Below, piece after piece: positions 10,593 to 20,846 of a DNA stretch of 64,000 nucleotides (within the stretch, counting starts at the first letter, position 1; each line of letters starts with the position of its first letter). The DNA is taken from the NCBI GenBank assembly GCA_037308085.1, contig CP147779.1:160001-224000 (forward strand), written 5' to 3'. Source of the DNA: Promethearchaeati archaeon SRVP18_Atabeyarchaeia-1 (lineage in GTDB: Archaea > Asgardarchaeota > Atabeyarchaeia > Atabeyarchaeales > Atabeyarchaeaceae). A model generated the notes under the pieces. The model made no database searches, was not told the DNA's origin, and saw only the letters and a list, made by a program, of their open reading frames with translations. The translations under genes were made by a program, and so were the position numbers.

Positions 10593-12029
10593 ATGGATAG
10601 TCAGGGTGAAACAACCTATAAGGAAAGCATATCGGAAGCTCAGAAGATCCTGAAAGGCAAGAAAGAGAATTTTGCGCGTTTACAGAGAGAAGTCATTAAC
10701 ACAGGGGCATGTTGCTCTTGCGGTGCTTGTGTGGCAAGCTGCGATCAGTTGGGTTTTGAAGACGGAAAGCCGAAGCTCGTTGGCAAGTGCACCGTCTGTG
10801 GAGTCTGTTATAGCCAGTGCCCCCAGACGTCCACGATCGCATCCCAGTTGATAGGCAACTGTCTTGGGGTATTTACGGGCAAAAGCAGGCGTGGTGACGT
10901 CAAAGGCCAGGATGGGGGAGTGGTTACATCGCTTCTCCTCTACGCATTGGACAAGAAGATGATTGATGCGGCCGTCGTCACTCGGCAGAAGAGCGAGCAG
11001 CCTTGGAAGCCTGAGGCGGATGTCGTGACATCAAACAAGGAGATTATTGAAAGCTCAGGATCAGTCTACAGTCACAGCCAAGTTGTGCCGGCTCTCGCCA
11101 AGGCCATTAAGGGCGGCCATAAGTCAATAGCTTTTGTTGGGACACCCTGTAAGATAGACGCCGCGTACAAGATGCAGAACTCCCTTGTTGGACTTGTTCA
11201 TCTCTCCAAGGGGATAAACGTCGTTAGACTGGGGCTATTCTGCATGGATTCGTTCTCTCCGAACGGCCTGCGGACGTTCTTTGAGGAGAAGAACTCCATA
11301 CCATTGGCAGATATCGTGAAGATGAACATCAAGGAAGGGAAGTTTAGAGTCACCCGCAAAACCGGTGAGGAAAAGGAGTTCCCTATCCCCGACTTGGACA
11401 GCTACAGGTCAAGCAGCTGTGACTTCTGCACAGATTTCACTTCCGAGAAAGCAGACATCTCAGTCGGAAGCGTTGGCTCGCAGCCTGGGTTCTCGACAAT
11501 AATCGTTAGAACAAACGCGGGACTTGAACTTCTGAACGAAGCTGCCGGGAAAGGATACATAGAATTCAAGCCACTAAACGATGAAGATTTGACTAAGGTA
11601 TTGAACTTGGCGAGAACCAAGAAGAATCACCGCTACTCTCCCCGTGAGAAACAGTTGCACATGTTGAACCTGCCGCCTTCCAAGCTTGAGGGGTTCTTGG
11701 CCTCGGAAACGCAACCTGCCAAACCATTGATCAAGCTTGTAGGTACGGAGCTTTCGGGAGAAGGCGCAAGCAGGGTTAGAGCTACACTGAGAAACGACTC
11801 GGTTGACTCACTCGAAGACGTGAAAGTCACGATAGCCCACAGAGCTGAAGCGCCCAGCAATGTAGTCGGGTGGAAAGTGCCCGTCAGCGAGTGGTTGCCC
11901 TCACAGCAAATCGCGTTCGATTATCAGAGAGTGAAAGACGAGAAAGAGTACATCATTGAGGTTGAGAGCGAAGAAGGAGATAAGATCTTCACCAAGAAAA
12001 TGACCACAGCAGACTTGATGAAGAAGTAG
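10593..12029 (+). CDS. F420 hydrogenase/dehydrogenase beta subunit family (FrhB/FpoF-like) with ferredoxin module and C-terminal extension
   Basis: CCSCGACVASC, CTVCGVCYSQCP, GQDGGVVT, VGTPC, GLFC, CDFCTD, ADISVGSVG. Confidence 0.88.
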   Translation: MDSQGETTYKESISEAQKILKGKKENFARLQREVINTGACCSCGACVASCDQLGFEDGKPKLVGKCTVCGVCYSQCPQTSTIASQLIGNCLGVFTGKSRRGDVKGQDGGVVTSLLLYALDKKMIDAAVVTRQKSEQPWKPEADVVTSNKEIIESSGSVYSHSQVVPALAKAIKGGHKSIAFVGTPCKIDAAYKMQNSLVGLVHLSKGINVVRLGLFCMDSFSPNGLRTFFEEKNSIPLADIVKMNIKEGKFRVTRKTGEEKEFPIPDLDSYRSSSCDFCTDFTSEKADISVGSVGSQPGFSTIIVRTNAGLELLNEAAGKGYIEFKPLNDEDLTKVLNLARTKKNHRYSPREKQLHMLNLPPSKLEGFLASETQPAKPLIKLVGTELSGEGASRVRATLRNDSVDSLEDVKVTIAHRAEAPSNVVGWKVPVSEWLPSQQIAFDYQRVKDEKEYIIEVESEEGDKIFTKKMTTADLMKK

Positions 12030-12189
12030 AAGCCACAAGGACTAGTCGCTGAAAGCAATAGCTGGAAGGCGGCATTCAGGGTCTTCAACCCCTTCATCCC
12101 AGCGAGCCTTCTTCAGCGCGTGAGGAGAACGCTGCAAGGGTCCCAATCGAGCTATGGTCGACAAGATAAGGGACCACAGACTACTCTTT

Positions 12190-12906
12190 CTAGTGTGATT
12201 CGAAGAATAAGGACAAAAGCTCGATGAAGCTTGGCTCATTGGTCCAAATGGAAACCCAAGGCCCCTGGTAGTTGTTTGTGCATCCCGAAGAGAGCAGCGC
12301 TTCCTTCCCATCGACTACGACAAGTATAGATGGGATATCATCCTTTCTTGTGAAGTTTATGCTTTCGTCAATCTTTGGAATAGGTACCTGAGGATTTCCC
12401 CTTTGACTCAACATTAGTCTCGTTTTCACATTTCTGCCTACAGCCTTGTCCAAAGGCGGCTTCACTTTCTCAAGGACTGCCGTCGGAAGCGCCAGCAGAA
12501 GCTCTTCCTGAACACCGTTTAGCATCTCTTCGATCTTGTTGATTATGTTTACTTGACCCTTTATCGTCCACATCTCTGCATTGGATCGTTCATAGCCGTA
12601 CCGCGACGCGAATTCCTCTACCGCCATGGCTGTTTGCGCTTTGAGACCTTTTTCAAGCCTCTCAAAAGCATCCTTGGGCGGCACAGCGCGGTAGATCATT
12701 GGTCTTCCGTCCTGGGTTTCAACCAGTCCCTTCGACTCAAGTTTGGCCAGAGTATCATAGGCACGTGGCTGAGGGATTGCAGCAACCTTGCATAGTTCCC
12801 TTACAGATGCGGACCCAAGCTCTACAAGAGTTGCGTAAGCCTTTGACTCATACTCACTCAGACCGTATCTCTTCAAGACTTCACGCGCAGAATCACTAAC
12901 ACTCAA
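12190..12906 (-). CDS. TrmB family transcriptional regulator
   Basis: GLSEYESKAY...IPQPRAYDTL...KGLV; C-terminal VVDGKE. Confidence 0.9.
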   Translation of the reverse strand: MSVSDSAREVLKRYGLSEYESKAYATLVELGSASVRELCKVAAIPQPRAYDTLAKLESKGLVETQDGRPMIYRAVPPKDAFERLEKGLKAQTAMAVEEFASRYGYERSNAEMWTIKGQVNIINKIEEMLNGVQEELLLALPTAVLEKVKPPLDKAVGRNVKTRLMLSQRGNPQVPIPKIDESINFTRKDDIPSILVVVDGKEALLSSGCTNNYQGPWVSIWTNEPSFIELLSLFFESH

Positions 12907-12957
12907 ACTCTTCCTATCCTCCCCTTACTGTTATTGAGGTCATGACAAGTAGAATTT

Positions 12958-13188
12958 TCATGTTGCCACTAGCGTTGTGGTCTGTTCGATGTTAGGGAGT
13001 TTCCTGATCTCTGTGACCACTGCGTCCAGTTTGCCAAAGCTCTCCGTCTGAACGGTCACCACAATATCCCAAGCACCGTAGCAAACCTTCGCGTCGGTTA
13101 CATCATCTATTTTCCTGATGTGCTCAGCTACATCATGCTCGCTTCCAGCTGAGGCAAGTGCGAGCACATAGGCGATTACCTTTGGCAC
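12958..13188 (-). CDS. Stand-alone Lrp/AsnC ligand-binding domain protein
   Basis: AYVL...G-E..V, YGAWDIVV, IRKLPNIEQTTT. Confidence 0.85.
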   Translation of the reverse strand: MPKVIAYVLALASAGSEHDVAEHIRKIDDVTDAKVCYGAWDIVVTVQTESFGKLDAVVTEIRKLPNIEQTTTLVAT

Positions 13189-13364
13189 TACATAATGCAC
13201 CTCTCATCTTCAACAGGCTACCAGTGGTGCTACAGTCAAACCTTGCTACTCCAAGGTACATGACACCAAAAAAACCTTCTGCGAATTGGTTATTTAAATC
13301 TAGTTTGACAGCTCGGCGAGGGGCTAAGCCCCTTGTAGAGACTACTTATTCTCTTAGAACACTT

Positions 13365-14552
13365 TCACGCCTTGGTGTTGCTTGCCGACAGCTTTTTGGC
13401 GGTTTGACCAAAAGCCTTCAAGTTCTCTACTGAGATCTGACCGTATGCATGCAAGACTAGACCGTTGGACTCTTCAGATGCCGCCTTGACTAAGTTGACC
13501 GTCTCCTTGGCGGTGACCGAGGGACTAAAGACGGCGAGTGGATAGACCTTCACTTCCCGCATTACTCCCCTAAGGGTTCTCCTTAGGGAACGCAACTCGT
13601 TGGCTATGCTGTTCCCGCCCCGATGTATGAGGGGCTCCTCTATTATTGGGTAGAGACAATCAAGGTTCTTGCCCAGCGCCCTGTAATCGTGACCCGCAAT
13701 CCATGAGACCTCGGAGGGACAGAGATCTATACCAATGAGAGCGTCTGCATTGGCTTGCCTTGAGGCGATCATCATCCTTCCATTGATCTCTGAGACCATG
13801 TGCCGCCTATGCTGAAGCCACGAACTCAAGCCGAGCAATGAAGCCCAGGACCTCAGAATCTTTAGCGAAACCGAAAAGGGATTACTCCCAGCAGCTTCCA
13901 TGATCCTCTGAGGCTCACCGAAAGGTTTGGGGAAGAAAACCAGTCGACGCTTGACCCCATCCAGATTGATGCCTTGGTTCCGCGCTTCGGCTCTACAGTA
14001 TTTGCAGAAGCATGTCAGGTTTCCCGTCCTGAATGAAGATGTTATTGAATAGTGGAGCTTCTCAAGCTCAACACCAGCCACATCATAATTTGATAGAACA
14101 TCGCTTGTTAGGCTGAGCATATACCTCTCAACGCTGGGGTTGTTGAAGCACATGAATGGGTATGATCCATCGCTTCTCTCTCCGGCACTGCTCAGCTGGG
14201 CGTATTCTGGCTTTCTCTTGAGTGCAACCTGATTGATGAGGCAATTAACCACGGCATAAACCTGAATCCCCTTCTTCCTAGCTTCCTTACACACTTCGCT
14301 GAGAACATCCAGGCTTCCGAACTGCTTTGCCCTGGTCGGCTTGATCTTTGAGCCCTCATAGAATTTCGGAGATGGCGTGAAACACACGGCGCCTTCCTCG
14401 CCCGATGAAAGGACGTAGGGAGTGGGCTTCTGGAAAGCGTTTACCGGGAGATGGACGTATTCGCAATGGGACAGACTGCTTAGCTTGGCAATGATCTCCT
14501 TGGCTCCTTCGCCAGCTATGCCGTCAGGGTAGCATCGAATCCCAAAATGCAA
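13365..14552 (-). CDS. Glycoside hydrolase-like TIM barrel protein (GHL10-like)
   Basis: EARKKGIQVYA, CFNNPSVERY, NYDVAGVEL, CFCKYC; start uncertain. Confidence 0.6.
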   Translation of the reverse strand: MHFGIRCYPDGIAGEGAKEIIAKLSSLSHCEYVHLPVNAFQKPTPYVLSSGEEGAVCFTPSPKFYEGSKIKPTRAKQFGSLDVLSEVCKEARKKGIQVYAVVNCLINQVALKRKPEYAQLSSAGERSDGSYPFMCFNNPSVERYMLSLTSDVLSNYDVAGVELEKLHYSITSSFRTGNLTCFCKYCRAEARNQGINLDGVKRRLVFFPKPFGEPQRIMEAAGSNPFSVSLKILRSWASLLGLSSWLQHRRHMVSEINGRMMIASRQANADALIGIDLCPSEVSWIAGHDYRALGKNLDCLYPIIEEPLIHRGGNSIANELRSLRRTLRGVMREVKVYPLAVFSPSVTAKETVNLVKAASEESNGLVLHAYGQISVENLKAFGQTAKKLSASNTKA

Positions 14553-14809
14553 TTCTCTACACCGCCACATCTTCACGGAACGAGGTTATTCGAGTCTGCA
14601 TAGCGGAACAGGATTTGAAAAGACCAATATTCTTCCATTCTCGGAACCGGGACACCTTGGGAGGGAGCCCGGAGCATCGGCTCCAACTTTGGGAGCGAGG
14701 CAACGCGGACTGTTGCTCACCTCAACATCAAAGCACAATTCGTTTCGGTCTGTGAGATGAAGTATGCGGAAAGAAGAAACCCGGACTCGCTCCACTTCTT
14801 GCCCTTTGA

Positions 14810-15118
14810 CTACTTTTTCCTCTGCTTCTTGGCATTGGGAGCCTTGGCTTTTTCCTTGGGTTTCGCTTTCTGTGTGCTCCTTGCTCTGCCTTTCGTTCCC
14901 AGCGCTTCCTGCAATGTTTTTACGTTTTCTTCATGAACACTTTTGCGCAGGTGGTCAACTCGAAGGTGAGCCGACTTCATGTCATCGACGGACGCGCCTG
15001 CTTCATCGATTTCCCCGTAACTGAAGCCTCGACCCGGTCTAAGGACACCTTCCCTGGGCTTCCCTAACGGGGGCTTAACCATTGGGGTTCTGGTCTTGCC
15101 GCTATTTTCTTCGCTCAT
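14810..15118 (-). CDS. rpl13e: Ribosomal protein L13e
   Basis: RPGRGFSYGEI..AG...RVDHLRKSVHEENV. Confidence 0.88.
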   Translation of the reverse strand: MSEENSGKTRTPMVKPPLGKPREGVLRPGRGFSYGEIDEAGASVDDMKSAHLRVDHLRKSVHEENVKTLQEALGTKGRARSTQKAKPKEKAKAPNAKKQRKK

Positions 15119-15289
15119 GCTCGTTCTCAGCCTCTTTCAGTTCTACGAGGTGTGCTTAAGAATAAGCACGAGAGCTTAAAACCTCTTCTCTAGAAGGCAA
15201 CTCTCATTTCACTTCAGCCATGCTGGACGAGGACTGTCATTACTTCACTTATTCAGGAAAAAAGAGAGGAATAGAGTTCTGCAACTCTG

Positions 15290-18200
15290 TCATAGGTCCG
15301 CGTAGTCACCCTTCTTTTTCTTCGTCTCCTCACGCTCTTCTGAACTTTCCTTGGAAGACTCCGCTTCTCCAGAGGGCTCTTTTCCGCCTTTGCCTTCAAG
15401 TCGTTCCAGTTCCTTGGCTATGAGGTCGACGTCTGTCTCACTGGGCTCGGTCCCAGCAGACTCTTCCACAGCCCCCTGCTCTTCTCCGGTTACCACTTCC
15501 TGTGGGAGCGCAGACTCCTCAGCTGCTTTCTGGCCTTTTACTGCCTCTTTCTCGAGCTCTTCCATCTTCTCCTTCGAGAGTATTGTCAGTCTGTCCTGGA
15601 ATATCGTGCCCACAATCTCGGTTCTCGTCCGCATGGGGACTGGCTGAAGCATCTCTCCTTTGGTGATCAGTTTGACGCTTTGGTCGATCTTCTTGATAAC
15701 GAACGGTATCTTGGACCTGCGGTAGAAGACAACTCCGAGTATTCCTATTAGGACAGCGCCAGCACTTCCCCCACCAATCATCATGATAGTCATCAGGGAG
15801 AATCCACCAGTCTGGAACCTAAGCGGGATGGTTTGGCTTTGGGTGAAGTAGTTAGTTGCTGAAGCCGATATTATGAAGTCAATTCCATTACTGGAAATCC
15901 AGCCGGTCTCGAGGTTTATCGCGTAAGTGCCGTCCCCAACATATGAAACAGTATAATGGCTATGATCGATCCCAAGCAAAGTGTGAGAGTCAATCAAAGT
16001 GATGTTGGCATTCGGAATACCCTTGTCGGCGTGATCGGTGTCCGAGTACCGCACTGTATACGTTGCATTCGATCCTTTGACTATTGATTGTGGAAGGGTG
16101 GGTACGATTTTCGTACTGATGCGATTGACGTACATAATCTCGAGTCCGATTAAAGGTGGAGTTGTAGCATATGTGTGGTTGCCTTTGACAATCAAGACTA
16201 TTAGTGGATACGCGCGATAGTTAGATGTGCCGAGAATGACACTTGTCGTGTTAAAGAAGACCGTGTAGAGCCCATTGCCATTCTCAGTAAAGTTCCATAT
16301 GACGTCTGGATTGACTGTGTAAAATGTTACTCCGATACTTGCCCCGAGAATCGGTTTGCCGCCATGGACAGTGTCGGTGTAGTTAATTACTATGTTACCT
16401 AGGTCGTTCCAATAAACATAAAGACCTGCGTCCGACTTCACAGCTAGGTTGGTTGCGATCGGTAATATGCTCAGAGTCGGATAGAGCCACTTATCCTCGT
16501 AGTAGCCATTTGCTGTCTGCACGCGAACGTGTAGCCAGAGTGTATAGTCTCCCACGGGAAGTGAGCCATTGAGCGTTAGAATCCAAGAACCGTGTGTCGA
16601 GTCCAGTCTCATGTTGTAGATAAAGCTGCCAGTGTAGTTTATTGCTCCCGTCTGTTTGTCGTACAGCTTTACATGATCCCATAGGCAATTGGATATGTTA
16701 GATATGCTGCCGGTATGATCAAGATCTTTGTAGATGAGTATTGCCGTAGAGTTGTCCCGCCAGTACACGCTTATCTGAGCTGGGGTTGAGGAGAGGTCGG
16801 TGTGAATGTTTCGCACAGTGACCTGCGCAGCTATTCCCGTTATCGAGTCCCAGTGCGGCCTTGACAGATCGAAAGCCACGTTAATTGTTTGTGGAGATAG
16901 TCCAGCTATGCTCAATGAAAATCTGTAAGTTCCGTTTCCGAATGGGGTAGCAACGCTGTATCCATTTGCCCAGTTGCAGGTGGCGCTCGCGCCGAAGATA
17001 GGCGTGTGCCCAGAGTCAATGTCACGGAAGGTAATCAAGAAAGTCACATTATCTCCCCAAGCCGTCGTGACTGATAGATAAGGCTCAGTGTGAGTTGTGT
17101 ACCTGTCTCGAACATTGAGGTAGCCGAGGTTAACTGACAATGACTGATAGTGAGTCTTATTCGCCTCGATGATCAAGAACCAGCTGCTAGTTCCAAGCGA
17201 CGTAGTGTTGGTTCTGAAGAATAGCTGGTATGTTCCGGCGCCCATATCGCTGTACCACCATCCGATACCTGAGGAGCCTAGCTGCTTACCGCCACCCCAA
17301 GTGCCATTGATGCTAAGGATGGCGCCAGATATTCCAAAGCCGTGATCGATATCCGTGTATACTAGTTGAACCACACTTACAGTGGAGTTCCAGGCATAAG
17401 TCTGTGCAATACTGAAACCCGCCGAGCTTCCAGTTGTGGCTATGTCTCTAACGAAAACCCTAACGAAGATGCTCTGCGGCACGAAACCCCCTAAGGTTGC
17501 GTTGACCTGGATCCAAGTTCCTTGGGGCGCAAAGTGTAGATATGCAGTTGGACCAGCTATGTCCACCGTGTAATTACCACGTATCCCCAGTGACGACATG
17601 GAGGAGGCGGACCAATTGCCTTCGCCAGTGTGAGTGCCGTTCCACCTCCAAATCACGTTGGCTCCCATTATGCCAGAGCTGTTCCGTGAATTCGTGTACA
17701 TGACTACCAGCTTGAAGCCATCCGAAAAGGTTGCCGTAAAAGGCTGCTTAGGCGACGTGAGACTGGTTGGCGTGAGGCGAGAGAGAGTGGAGTTTGTAGT
17801 GAATCTTGCAATACCATTAGCCGCTTGGTTTGTACTGTTCCAGTTGACGCAGAAGCGCCAGAAAGTTGCTTGCAGGTTGATACCATCAAACCATGTGACG
17901 TTACTATCAACCCATGGATTGAGTTTCAGCGAGAACGAGCCGTTGCCGGGGGAGAGACTAGGACTCCAAGTTCTGCTCAAGTAAGAGCCGCCTGATTCAT
18001 TGTAGAGCCGGATAGTCGGCGCATATGAAGCGATGTTGGATGGTATTCCTCCACTTCCATCTCTCAAGAGGCATATGAGTCTCGTCGTGTTTCCTGATAT
18101 AAAGGAAGTCGCATTCATCCAGTGAGTCTCGTTTTCACCTTGTGTGAAAAGTAGTGTCCTCAATTGACTTGGACCAATGTAGTTCGGCGCATATATCTGT

Positions 18201-20077
18201 ATCACAAGCAGGCGAATTGGGGGATTCGGAGCAAATACGCTCCCAGGCATCTTGACCCAAGATGCGGTGGCGTTTGACGCAGTGCTATAAGTTGTAACGG
18301 ATATGCCTCCGAATGTGATCTGGTTAATCCCATAAGTCGGTGCAAGTAGCCAGTCCGGCGGGAAATAGACGGTAATGTTGTAGTTGTTGTACGAGTTGAT
18401 GTCATCAGGAGTATCGTAAGTGCACGTCCAAGACGTACGCGAGTCATCACTGACCGTGAAGGTTACCGAAGTCGTCTGAGTGCCGTGCCTAGCATACGTG
18501 GTTGAGGAGTAGCTGAACGAGACGATGCTGGAGTTGTAGCCAGGTTTACCATTCGTCCCATTAGTCCAAAAATGGAAAGTCACTTGTGGGTACGGTGATC
18601 CGAGTCCGGTCCACGGAGTCGACGGGTTGAACGTCAAACTGCCGGAGCCAGCTGACCCCGTCATAACGTACCACGGTTTAGAATTCGCATCATCAAAAAC
18701 CCGCAGCCTAATGCTTGCGGGTGTTGCCTTATACTTCAGGTAGAAGCTCACATTATCAAAGTAGAAGTTTGGATTGGTCCCGATTGGTATGAGAAGGTTT
18801 GTGCCAATGTATACTCCAACCTTGATCTGGACTGCTGACTGGTTGAATACAGAGGCCGGGATCACGGTGGTAGCTATCTGCCAACTGTTTGCAGTTAGGG
18901 ACGAGAAGCTTCTGTTATCGTATCGGTTCGCACCCACCCAGACCGAGAGGTACGAGTCCGTGCTTGGAACTATCGTGCTTAGAGTCGTGTAGTACCTAAA
19001 AGATAGTAGTCCATTGTCAGCGGCGATTTGGTTGAAGTTGACCGTTTGCCCCCATTGAGCGTAGCTTCCAGATGAGAAGGCGCCATATCTTATGTATACG
19101 CCTACATCGTCCCACCGCGCGGCGAGCGTCGCTTGGGAGCCCACTGTCACCGTCATGTAGACATAGACCCAGAGCCTAATCCCGTATTTCCCTGTTGAGG
19201 TCATCTTGCTAGTTATGTCATATGTCGAAACGCCAGCGGGTTTCGAACTTGTGGTCGTTGGGGTTACATCCAATATTGTATAGTCAGTCTCAGTGCTGCC
19301 GGTAGGGAAGTATCTCAGGATGATCTGAATGTGAAGGATTGTTGGATCAGCGATCTTTGTGTACGTTGGTACCCATGACTTCCAGCTGATGTCCGCGTAC
19401 TGTGGCGGGGTAAGACCGTTATAGGTGAAGTTCTGATCACAATACATGTCAGCATAAACCGCTGCGGGGTTGCCTGAATATCTGGTGTAAGTTCCTCTCT
19501 GTTCCCACTCATCTCCTGTAATGCGGCCATTCGAATAGGTTCCATAAGTAGTCGAACTGGGCACCGTCTTCTTTACCCAAGGGGTTTCCGACGTGGTGAA
19601 GTTCCCATTGATTATGTACGTGTTAGTGACGTTGGTCTTCCCCGTCAGCGTTATGTAGTCGCTGCCGGTCGTTGTTCCTGGATACGGAGGACTGCTCACA
19701 TAATTACTTGGTCCTGCCAGGGCGTTTCCAGGATCATTTTCCGTGTAGCCCCATGGTGAAGATGATGAAGTGAATTGCCCGTTTGCTACGAAGTCTGCGT
19801 ACCTTGTTATGCCGCTAAATGTTGTTGCGAGTTGATAACCGCCCCAGCCAACGCCAGGCAGGGTTGGTTGAAAGGCAGTGCCGTTTGAAGAGGCGGAGCC
19901 AGAATAGAGCCTATCTGCAGATTCCTGCAAGGAGCGAGGGCTCCCAGTCCCAGCATAAGTTGTCGTGCTTGCTGCCGCCGGAGCCGTGAATGCGGTCAAC
20001 CCAGAGACCACGAAGAATATCAGAACAACCGTTACAGAGATACGACGCACGTTATTCCTCAATTTACTCTTCTCCAT
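15290..20077 (-). CDS. Large single-pass cell-surface protein with repeated beta-rich (Ig-like) domains
   Basis: Signal peptide; T/S/G/Y-rich; repeats of YxDxDH-G-I-GA...G-G-Y; many N-x-S/T sequons; C-terminal TM helix and acidic cytoplasmic tail. Confidence 0.85.
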   Translation of the reverse strand: MEKSKLRNNVRRISVTVVLIFFVVSGLTAFTAPAAASTTTYAGTGSPRSLQESADRLYSGSASSNGTAFQPTLPGVGWGGYQLATTFSGITRYADFVANGQFTSSSSPWGYTENDPGNALAGPSNYVSSPPYPGTTTGSDYITLTGKTNVTNTYIINGNFTTSETPWVKKTVPSSTTYGTYSNGRITGDEWEQRGTYTRYSGNPAAVYADMYCDQNFTYNGLTPPQYADISWKSWVPTYTKIADPTILHIQIILRYFPTGSTETDYTILDVTPTTTSSKPAGVSTYDITSKMTSTGKYGIRLWVYVYMTVTVGSQATLAARWDDVGVYIRYGAFSSGSYAQWGQTVNFNQIAADNGLLSFRYYTTLSTIVPSTDSYLSVWVGANRYDNRSFSSLTANSWQIATTVIPASVFNQSAVQIKVGVYIGTNLLIPIGTNPNFYFDNVSFYLKYKATPASIRLRVFDDANSKPWYVMTGSAGSGSLTFNPSTPWTGLGSPYPQVTFHFWTNGTNGKPGYNSSIVSFSYSSTTYARHGTQTTSVTFTVSDDSRTSWTCTYDTPDDINSYNNYNITVYFPPDWLLAPTYGINQITFGGISVTTYSTASNATASWVKMPGSVFAPNPPIRLLVIQIYAPNYIGPSQLRTLLFTQGENETHWMNATSFISGNTTRLICLLRDGSGGIPSNIASYAPTIRLYNESGGSYLSRTWSPSLSPGNGSFSLKLNPWVDSNVTWFDGINLQATFWRFCVNWNSTNQAANGIARFTTNSTLSRLTPTSLTSPKQPFTATFSDGFKLVVMYTNSRNSSGIMGANVIWRWNGTHTGEGNWSASSMSSLGIRGNYTVDIAGPTAYLHFAPQGTWIQVNATLGGFVPQSIFVRVFVRDIATTGSSAGFSIAQTYAWNSTVSVVQLVYTDIDHGFGISGAILSINGTWGGGKQLGSSGIGWWYSDMGAGTYQLFFRTNTTSLGTSSWFLIIEANKTHYQSLSVNLGYLNVRDRYTTHTEPYLSVTTAWGDNVTFLITFRDIDSGHTPIFGASATCNWANGYSVATPFGNGTYRFSLSIAGLSPQTINVAFDLSRPHWDSITGIAAQVTVRNIHTDLSSTPAQISVYWRDNSTAILIYKDLDHTGSISNISNCLWDHVKLYDKQTGAINYTGSFIYNMRLDSTHGSWILTLNGSLPVGDYTLWLHVRVQTANGYYEDKWLYPTLSILPIATNLAVKSDAGLYVYWNDLGNIVINYTDTVHGGKPILGASIGVTFYTVNPDVIWNFTENGNGLYTVFFNTTSVILGTSNYRAYPLIVLIVKGNHTYATTPPLIGLEIMYVNRISTKIVPTLPQSIVKGSNATYTVRYSDTDHADKGIPNANITLIDSHTLLGIDHSHYTVSYVGDGTYAINLETGWISSNGIDFIISASATNYFTQSQTIPLRFQTGGFSLMTIMMIGGGSAGAVLIGILGVVFYRRSKIPFVIKKIDQSVKLITKGEMLQPVPMRTRTEIVGTIFQDRLTILSKEKMEELEKEAVKGQKAAEESALPQEVVTGEEQGAVEESAGTEPSETDVDLIAKELERLEGKGGKEPSGEAESSKESSEEREETKKKKGDYADL

Positions 20078-20303
20078 GCCTCTGAGTAGAAACAGGAAAC
20101 TGCGATTACGCAGTCTGGAAAGTGGCTGTTTCTAAGAACAGTGGGCGAGTTATAAATGTCTTCCCTTAGCCAGAGGCCCCTGGATAAATGTCTTTCGGCT
20201 TCTCTTCATGAGATCGCAGTTGCATAGCATCTGCCAAGAATGTGAAAAGTGTAATTGGAGGGAAGCGTGAAAGAGGTCTTGACCGCTCATTTGGGGATTC
20301 TCC

Positions 20304-20789
20304 TCAGGAATCTTGCTCAGATGGCTCTGCTCGGGTGACCAGAGCGCTGTCGACAAGTTCGTCAATTCTGTCCTTGATAATCTTCTCTCTGGTTTTCATT
20401 ATTTGGGACTCATCTAGTTCGCCGTCTCTTATCCTTCTAATTGCCCCCTCTATGGCTTCCTTTCTGATATTCTTCATTCCCTCACTGTTGAAGCGATAAG
20501 TGTCTTTTGTCTTCCTGCATCGAGAGTATTTTGTCTGGGAGATGCGGGTACACAAGCCCTTTTCCTCCCAAGTCTTGAGAATTCCTTTCACAAGGCGGTG
20601 GACAACGGGGAACCTAGTCTTCTCAATTTCTGCTGCAATGATTATGGTTTTGGCGAGCTGCGAACTCGTAAACTCGTTTCCGCGGTATCTTGAGTTTGTC
20701 TTCGTTATGTAGTCTACTATGATGCCTCTGAATTCCTCGATAGCTATTTCATTGCTGGCAGTCTTGGCTTCCGTTTCTGGCTGAGTCAT
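20304..20789 (-). CDS. Hypothetical protein, possible winged helix
   Basis: FTSSQLA...ILKTWEEKGLC...YRF pattern; downstream of the longin-like gene. Confidence 0.7.
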   Translation of the reverse strand: MTQPETEAKTASNEIAIEEFRGIIVDYITKTNSRYRGNEFTSSQLAKTIIIAAEIEKTRFPVVHRLVKGILKTWEEKGLCTRISQTKYSRCRKTKDTYRFNSEGMKNIRKEAIEGAIRRIRDGELDESQIMKTREKIIKDRIDELVDSALVTRAEPSEQDS

Positions 20790-20846
20790 TTCTCAGCTCA
20801 CTCCATAGCCTGTGAATTATTTCTCTCTCGACGGGGAGCTTCTTGT

